Translations under genes and position numbers: made by a program
Shown here: positions 6,480-11,426 of the stretch, in pieces
Layout: every line of letters starts with the position of its first letter
How positions within the stretch are numbered: position 1 is the first letter of the stretch
The notes under the pieces: generated by a model
Told to the model about the DNA's origin: nothing
What the model saw: the letters and a program-made list of their open reading frames with translations, nothing else
The model's database searches: none
NCBI GenBank assembly: GCA_049599895.1
Contig: JBMYPC010000099.1
Location: forward strand, 1-11,426
From: Bacteriovoracaceae bacterium
GTDB lineage: Bacteria > Bdellovibrionota > Bacteriovoracia > Bacteriovoracales > Bacteriovoracaceae
Length of the DNA: 11,426 nucleotides
Reading direction: 5' to 3'

Positions 6480-7865
6480 TTATGGTCTTGTCATTTTTTC
6501 TGGATCAACATATTGATCAAATTCAGATTCATTTAAAAACCCAAGTTCAAGACAGGCCTCTTTAAGAGTTGTCCCTTCTTTATGGGCCTTCTTCGCAATT
6601 TGCGCCGCTTTATCATAACCGATGTGTTGATTTAAGGCCGTCACAAGCATTAAAGAGTTATTAAGGTGCTGCTTAATATTTTTCTCATTAGGCTCAATTC
6701 CCACAAAACAATTGTCATTAAAGCTTTGCATGGAATCCGCTAACAATCTTACAGAGTGAAGAAGATTGTGAATCATAACAGGCTTATAAACATTAAGTTC
6801 AAAGTTCCCTTGTGACCCAGCAAACCCGATGGCCGCATCATTACCCATTACCTGAGCACAAACCATTGTGATCGCTTCACATTGAGTAGGATTAACTTTC
6901 CCTGGCATGATAGAAGATCCAGGCTCATTGGCAGGAATGATAATTTCACCAATTCCACAACGAGGACCTGAAGCAAGCCAACGAATATCGTTTCCTATTT
7001 TCATTAAAGATGCCGCTAGTCTTTTTAAGGCCCCAGAAGTTCCCACCACAGCATCATGAGCAGCAAGGGACTCAAACTTATTAGGGGCCGTCACAAAGTC
7101 ATGCCCTGAAATTTTCGCAATTTCTTCAGCGACCATTTTGGCATAATCAGGATGAGAGTTAAGTCCTGTCCCAACAGCAGTTCCTCCAAGCGCCAGCTCT
7201 TTTAAAAACTTAAGAGTTGAAAGAATCGCTTCTTTTCCATTTGTCAGTTGTTGAGCATAACCAGAGAACTCCTGGCCTAAAGTTAAAGGGGTCGCATCCA
7301 TTAAATGGGTTCTACCAATCTTAGTCACTGATTCAAACTTTTTCGCTTTCTCTGTAATCGTTTTAAGAAGGTTATCAAGTGAAGGTAGAAGAAGATCTTC
7401 AATTTGCTCAACAGCAGCAATATGCATGGCCGTTGGAAAAGTATCATTAGAACTTTGCGATTTATTGACATCGTCATTAGGATGCACTGGAACTTTTGAA
7501 CCGAGCTCACCACCAGCAATTTCGATTGCACGGTTCGCGATCACTTCATTAGAGTTCATATTGGTTTGGGTTCCAGATCCCGTTTGCCAGACAACTAATG
7601 GAAAATGATCATCGAGCTTTCCTTCAATCACTTCATCAGCCGCTTGGCAGATAAGATTCATTTTTGTTTCATCGATTTTTCCAAGCTTATGATTAGTAAT
7701 CGCCGCTGCTTTTTTAAGAATTCCTAGTGAGCGGATCACAGGTCTTTTGAATCGATCGTCTCCGATCTTGAAGTTTTGAATTGATCTTTGGGTTTGGGCC
7801 CCCCAATAACGATCACTTGGAACCTGAACATCACCCATAGTGTCTTTTTCAACGCGAAAAGTCAT
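6480..7865 (-). CDS. fumC: Class II fumarate hydratase
   Basis: 461 aa. Motifs [44 protein letters not shown] and the signature [20 protein letters not shown] upstream. Confidence 0.97.
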   Translation of the reverse strand: MTFRVEKDTMGDVQVPSDRYWGAQTQRSIQNFKIGDDRFKRPVIRSLGILKKAAAITNHKLGKIDETKMNLICQAADEVIEGKLDDHFPLVVWQTGSGTQTNMNSNEVIANRAIEIAGGELGSKVPVHPNDDVNKSQSSNDTFPTAMHIAAVEQIEDLLLPSLDNLLKTITEKAKKFESVTKIGRTHLMDATPLTLGQEFSGYAQQLTNGKEAILSTLKFLKELALGGTAVGTGLNSHPDYAKMVAEEIAKISGHDFVTAPNKFESLAAHDAVVGTSGALKRLAASLMKIGNDIRWLASGPRCGIGEIIIPANEPGSSIMPGKVNPTQCEAITMVCAQVMGNDAAIGFAGSQGNFELNVYKPVMIHNLLHSVRLLADSMQSFNDNCFVGIEPNEKNIKQHLNNSLMLVTALNQHIGYDKAAQIAKKAHKEGTTLKEACLELGFLNESEFDQYVDPEKMTRP

Positions 7866-7894
7866 ATAATTCTCCTTAAATAAAAATCCTTTAA

Positions 7895-7923
7895 ATTCTA
7901 GACAGCTAAATCAAATCCGTCCA
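7895..7923 (-). promoter_or_regulatory. Candidate sigma70 promoter for fumC
   Basis: Minus strand: TGGACG (7923-7918), 17 nt, TAGAAT (7900-7895), about 30 nt upstream of the fumC ATG, within the divergent intergenic region. Confidence 0.4.
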
Positions 7924-7965
7924 TATTTTAGAATGCAAACCAAAAACAAGGTACCATCGTAGACT

Positions 7966-10008
7966 ATGATTTCATTAGCCGGACTCAATGATCCCCAAAG
8001 AAGTGCTGCAGAACTCATAGAGGGGCCTATTCTCATCCTTGCAGGCGCTGGAAGCGGTAAGACAAGAACCATTACCTATCGCATCGCACACATGGTCTCA
8101 AACCTTGAGATTCCTTCAAAAAATATCCTAGCTGTTAGCTTTACTAATAAAGCCGCTAAAGAAATGCGTGAAAGAGTGGAGGCCTTAGTTGGCAAGCAGA
8201 AGGCCAGAAAGATGGCCCTTCTCACCTTTCACTCTCTTGGAGTCAGAATTCTTAAAAATGAAATCCATCACCTTGGTTACTCTAAAAAGTTCACCATCTA
8301 CGACACCACAGATCAGCTAGCGATTATTCGTGAGGGTTTGAAGACTTACAAAGCCGGTAAAAACTTTGATCGAAAAGTCATTCAGGCAAAAATAAGTTTT
8401 CTTAAGAATAAAGATATAGGCCCTGATGAATATATAGGAACTGAATACTTTGATCCTATATCTCCCTATGATGAGGCGACCGAGTATATTTATCATTATT
8501 ACCAGGAAAGGCTTAAGTTTTACTCGGCTATTGATTTTGATGACATTCTCTATCTGAGTGTAAAGCTTTTTAGAGAATTTCCAGAAATTGCAAAAAAATA
8601 TTCTGAACTTTATCAATACATTATGGTTGATGAGTATCAAGACACTAACCGTCTTCAGTTTGACTTTATTATGGCGCTCACTAAAACCCATAATAATATC
8701 TGTGTGGTTGGTGATGATGATCAATCTATCTATGCCTTTCGAGGAGCCGATGTCAGTAATATTCTCGACTTTGAAAAAAACTTCCCAGGGGCAAAAGTCA
8801 TAAAGCTAGAACAGAACTATCGATCCACAACTCCTATTCTTGATCTTGCCAACGAGATTATTAAACAAAACAAAGTGAGAAGAGAAAAAACTCTTTGGAG
8901 TGAAAAACCTTCTGAAGTTAGGCCGGTTATCTGGAAAGCCGGAAATGCTGATCATGAAGCCCAGATAGTCGTCGAAGATATCTTTAACTTTCAAAAAGCC
9001 GGGGGGCATTTAGGAGACATCGCCATCCTCTATCGCTCAAACACTCAAGCTCCTGCATTCGAGGAACTCCTCAGACAATTTGTCATTCCCTACAAAATTC
9101 TCGGTGGCCAAAAGCTTTATGAAAAAAAGGAAGTTAAAGATCTTATGGGTTATCTTTCTTTTATTCATAATCCAAAAGATGAGTTGGCCTTTCGTCGAGT
9201 CCTCAACACTCCCCAAAGAGGTATTGGACTTAAGACTCTTGAAAAGATCTTAAACTTTGCTCATGAAAATAAACTGCATCTTATTGAGACTCTTGAACGA
9301 GCCGAAGAATATGTTCCAGAGAAGGCCAAAGTTCTCCATCAGTTCGTAGAACTTATTAAAGACTTTCAAAATATCTTTGAGAATGCTGAGCTTGAAAGTG
9401 CGCTAAGACAATTAGTCGAAAGAATCAACTTTGATGAGTATCTGCAAAAGATCTATGACCTTGCCAAACAGCTCGATCGACGACGTAATGATGTGGAACA
9501 ATTCATCCAATCAGCGAAAAGATTTGAAGAGTATGTGGGAAGAAAAGTGACCTTAAGAGAATTTGTGGAAAAAATTGTCCTTCAAGATTCACAAGATAAT
9601 CAAAAAGAAAAAGACTCTGAAGAAGATGAAGATATCCGCGCCAATGAAGTCACCCTTATGACTCTGCATAGCTCTAAAGGCCTAGAGTTTAAAAAGGTCT
9701 ATCTGGTTGGGACTGAAGAAGAGTTCCTTCCCCATAAAAAGACAATAAGTGAAGGGCAAGACCTCTCAGAAGAGTTAAGGCTTTTCTATGTTGGCGTCAC
9801 TCGCGCTCAAGAAGAACTGATTATGACCTATTGTGGGGAAAGAAATCTTTACGGAAAAGATGTTCCGCGATTGAGAACTCGCTTTCTTCGGGACCTTGGA
9901 GACTACTTCAAAGAGGTTGATCGCAATGATCTCTCTCTATTAGAAGAAGAGGAAAGAAAAGAGTACACCAAAGGCTTTTTCTCGAACCTTCTTGACAACT
10001 TAAAATAG
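7966..10008 (+). CDS. Superfamily 1A ATP-dependent DNA helicase, UvrD/Rep/PcrA family (Rep-like architecture)
   Basis: 680 aa. Motifs LAGAGSGKT, SFTNKAA, TFHSLG, VDEYQDTN, VGDDDQSIYAFRGA, LEQNYRST, TLHSSKGLEF and EELRLFYVGVTRA. Confidence 0.95.
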   Translation: MISLAGLNDPQRSAAELIEGPILILAGAGSGKTRTITYRIAHMVSNLEIPSKNILAVSFTNKAAKEMRERVEALVGKQKARKMALLTFHSLGVRILKNEIHHLGYSKKFTIYDTTDQLAIIREGLKTYKAGKNFDRKVIQAKISFLKNKDIGPDEYIGTEYFDPISPYDEATEYIYHYYQERLKFYSAIDFDDILYLSVKLFREFPEIAKKYSELYQYIMVDEYQDTNRLQFDFIMALTKTHNNICVVGDDDQSIYAFRGADVSNILDFEKNFPGAKVIKLEQNYRSTTPILDLANEIIKQNKVRREKTLWSEKPSEVRPVIWKAGNADHEAQIVVEDIFNFQKAGGHLGDIAILYRSNTQAPAFEELLRQFVIPYKILGGQKLYEKKEVKDLMGYLSFIHNPKDELAFRRVLNTPQRGIGLKTLEKILNFAHENKLHLIETLERAEEYVPEKAKVLHQFVELIKDFQNIFENAELESALRQLVERINFDEYLQKIYDLAKQLDRRRNDVEQFIQSAKRFEEYVGRKVTLREFVEKIVLQDSQDNQKEKDSEEDEDIRANEVTLMTLHSSKGLEFKKVYLVGTEEEFLPHKKTISEGQDLSEELRLFYVGVTRAQEELIMTYCGERNLYGKDVPRLRTRFLRDLGDYFKEVDRNDLSLLEEEERKEYTKGFFSNLLDNLK

Positions 10009-10103
10009 CTTCTCATCATATAGGATAGACAAAATTGATCAACTGAAGGCAGTAAAACCAGGATTGAACAAGTCACAGAATAACTTTCTTTTGGCAAGGC
10101 CCT

Positions 10104-10676
10104 CTATTCCTCAAAGTCATCTTCAGAATACTCAGTATCCTCATCACTGCCGTCTAGAATCGCCTCAATATCAGCGTCGGTCTCTTCTTCTGCTTGAACG
10201 TTATCGATAGCTTCTTCAGAGGGAGTTGGAGTCGTTGATCGCTCTTGATCAATCTTTTCATAAAGCTCTTTATCTTCTTTTCTTTGATAGCTTGCTCTAA
10301 TTCTAAGGCTTCTTACTCGAAGAAGTGGAATAATACTCAGAGCTGATTCAAACCAGGTACTATAAGTCGTGACTTGAAAGGTTTGGATGTCATTACATTT
10401 GATCTTTTCGTATTCAAAGACCTCTTCAAAGCTCATCTTCTTTGTTCCAACTCCGCCCCAGACAAGAAGGTCTTTTTCAATAGCAAGATCATACTGGTTT
10501 TGCAGAATATATCGATCTTTAACTTCGTTATCTGTCTTCTTAGAATCAATAGTGTAATTTTCTGGGATATTGATCCATTTCCCATCGGTATCACAATAAA
10601 TAGGGACAATGGTGATGTCAGTACTACAAGAAGTAAGAGCAAAAAGTAATACGATAAGAACTGATTTGATCTTCAT
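10104..10676 (-). CDS. Lipoprotein with a Bor-like core and an acidic C-terminal tail
   Basis: Signal peptide and lipobox MKIKSVLIVLLFALTS-C. The LLVWGG and TWFESALSIIPL segments align by eye with the neighbouring Bor-like protein. D/E-rich tail. Confidence 0.72.
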   Translation of the reverse strand: MKIKSVLIVLLFALTSCSTDITIVPIYCDTDGKWINIPENYTIDSKKTDNEVKDRYILQNQYDLAIEKDLLVWGGVGTKKMSFEEVFEYEKIKCNDIQTFQVTTYSTWFESALSIIPLLRVRSLRIRASYQRKEDKELYEKIDQERSTTPTPSEEAIDNVQAEEETDADIEAILDGSDEDTEYSEDDFEE

Positions 10677-10679
10677 CTC

Positions 10680-11087
10680 TTATCTCTCTTTTGACTTTCG
10701 ATCACGATAAATATGCTCAGTTCGAATCCGTTTTAAACTAGCACTTGGAGAGATTCCAAAACCAGAAATTTCATAATTCACGGGATAAATAAGACCTAAA
10801 CTTAAGACACTAATAAGCGAGTTTCCAAAAGATTGATATTCTCTAATTTTAATTTTTGAAGCACTTTTAATTCCTGCATCAGCAAGAATCTTATCAATAG
10901 GAACTTTATGCTCTTTAGGGACAACTCCCCATAAGAAGAATAGCTGCTCTTTTTTCACATGAAATTGATATTCATGACTTCTTTTCCCACCGATGATCAC
11001 TGGTATTCGATCTTCAGAATAATAATGAATTGTGGTACAGCCACTAAGAATCAAAAAGAAAAGACTTGATTGGTAAAGTGCTTTTAT
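10680..11087 (-). CDS. Bor/Iss-like lipoprotein; start proposed at ATA 11087 rather than the ORF-track TTG at 11054
   Basis: FFLWGVVP and SFGNSLISVLSLGLIYP segments are typical of Bor-family lipoproteins; lipobox LSG-C. A full signal peptide (MKALYQSSLFFLILSG-C) needs the upstream ATA, which has AAGGA 7 nt before it. Confidence 0.72.
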   Translation of the reverse strand: MKALYQSSLFFLILSGCTTIHYYSEDRIPVIIGGKRSHEYQFHVKKEQLFFLWGVVPKEHKVPIDKILADAGIKSASKIKIREYQSFGNSLISVLSLGLIYPVNYEISGFGISPSASLKRIRTEHIYRDRKSKER

Positions 11088-11425
11088 TTTCCGATCCTTT
11101 TGAGATGATCAGGATGACTCTGACAGATTCCTTGATAAGTTGAAAGATGTTCAAGATTATCTTTTAATTGATTATGATAAGCTGATTTTAAAGCCTGCTT
11201 AGCATATCCCATGGCAAGGCTAGAGTTTTTCTTTAGCCCATCTAAAAGTTCTTTGATTCCATGATCAAGCTTTTCAACATTCTCAAAGGTCTCATTAAGA
11301 ACACCATTTTTAAGGGCCCAAGAAGAATCAATTCGTTTACCTGTAAGAGTCAGTTCAATGGCCTTATTGTAACCGATTAATCTTGTTAAAAAATAAGTTC
11401 CGCCAATTCCTGGAACGAGACCTAG
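11084..11425 (-). CDS. Enoyl-CoA hydratase/isomerase (crotonase) family protein; 5'-partial, not in the ORF track
   Basis: Manual translation from the window edge gives LGLVPGIGGTYFLTRLIGYNKAIELTLTGKRIDSSWALKNGVLNE...AMGYAKQALK...QGICQSHPDHLKRIGK*. This matches the crotonase C-terminal pattern 'GL.PG.GG...L.RLIG...A.EL.LTG..I'. Stop TAA at 11086-11084. Confidence 0.9.
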   Translation of the reverse strand, partial: LGLVPGIGGTYFLTRLIGYNKAIELTLTGKRIDSSWALKNGVLNETFENVEKLDHGIKELLDGLKKNSSLAMGYAKQALKSAYHNQLKDNLEHLSTYQGICQSHPDHLKRIGK

Positions 11426-11426
11426 C

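Noticed and set aside
10009..10103. Bidirectional terminator or sRNA between the convergent helicase and lipoprotein genes
   Set aside because: I found only a short ttgatcaa palindrome and no GC-rich stem with a U-tract.
4295..10649. Short shadow ORFs inside the ligase, GST, fumC, helicase and lipoprotein genes (including 8317..8724 and 10374..10649)
   Set aside because: They overlap clearly conserved genes in other frames or antisense and show no protein-family signatures.

Overview
AT-rich bacterial chromosomal window. The gene content suggests a Bdellovibrionota/Bacteriovoracia-like organism, but that is inference only. Left to right: (1) a 5'-truncated thermolysin/fungalysin-like (M4/M36) zinc metalloprotease, whose HELGH motif lies upstream of the ORF-track start, overlapping (TAATG) a membrane-anchored protein with a PepSY-like C-terminus; (2) a self-contained Phd/YefM-ParE/RelE toxin-antitoxin module with its own sigma70 promoter, a TGTACA operator palindrome and a probably leaderless mRNA, flanked by two direct copies of a ~95-104 bp GC-rich palindromic element built from 9-nt ACNGT units; (3) a minus-strand run of fumC, a GST-family gene, acetoacetate-CoA ligase and an outer-membrane beta-barrel; (4) a divergent Rep/UvrD-family helicase; (5) a minus-strand run of an enoyl-CoA hydratase-family gene (partial, not in the ORF track) and two tandem Bor-like lipoproteins, the first apparently starting at a non-canonical ATA codon. 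The most unusual signal is the TA cassette bounded by the unrecognised palindromic repeat.
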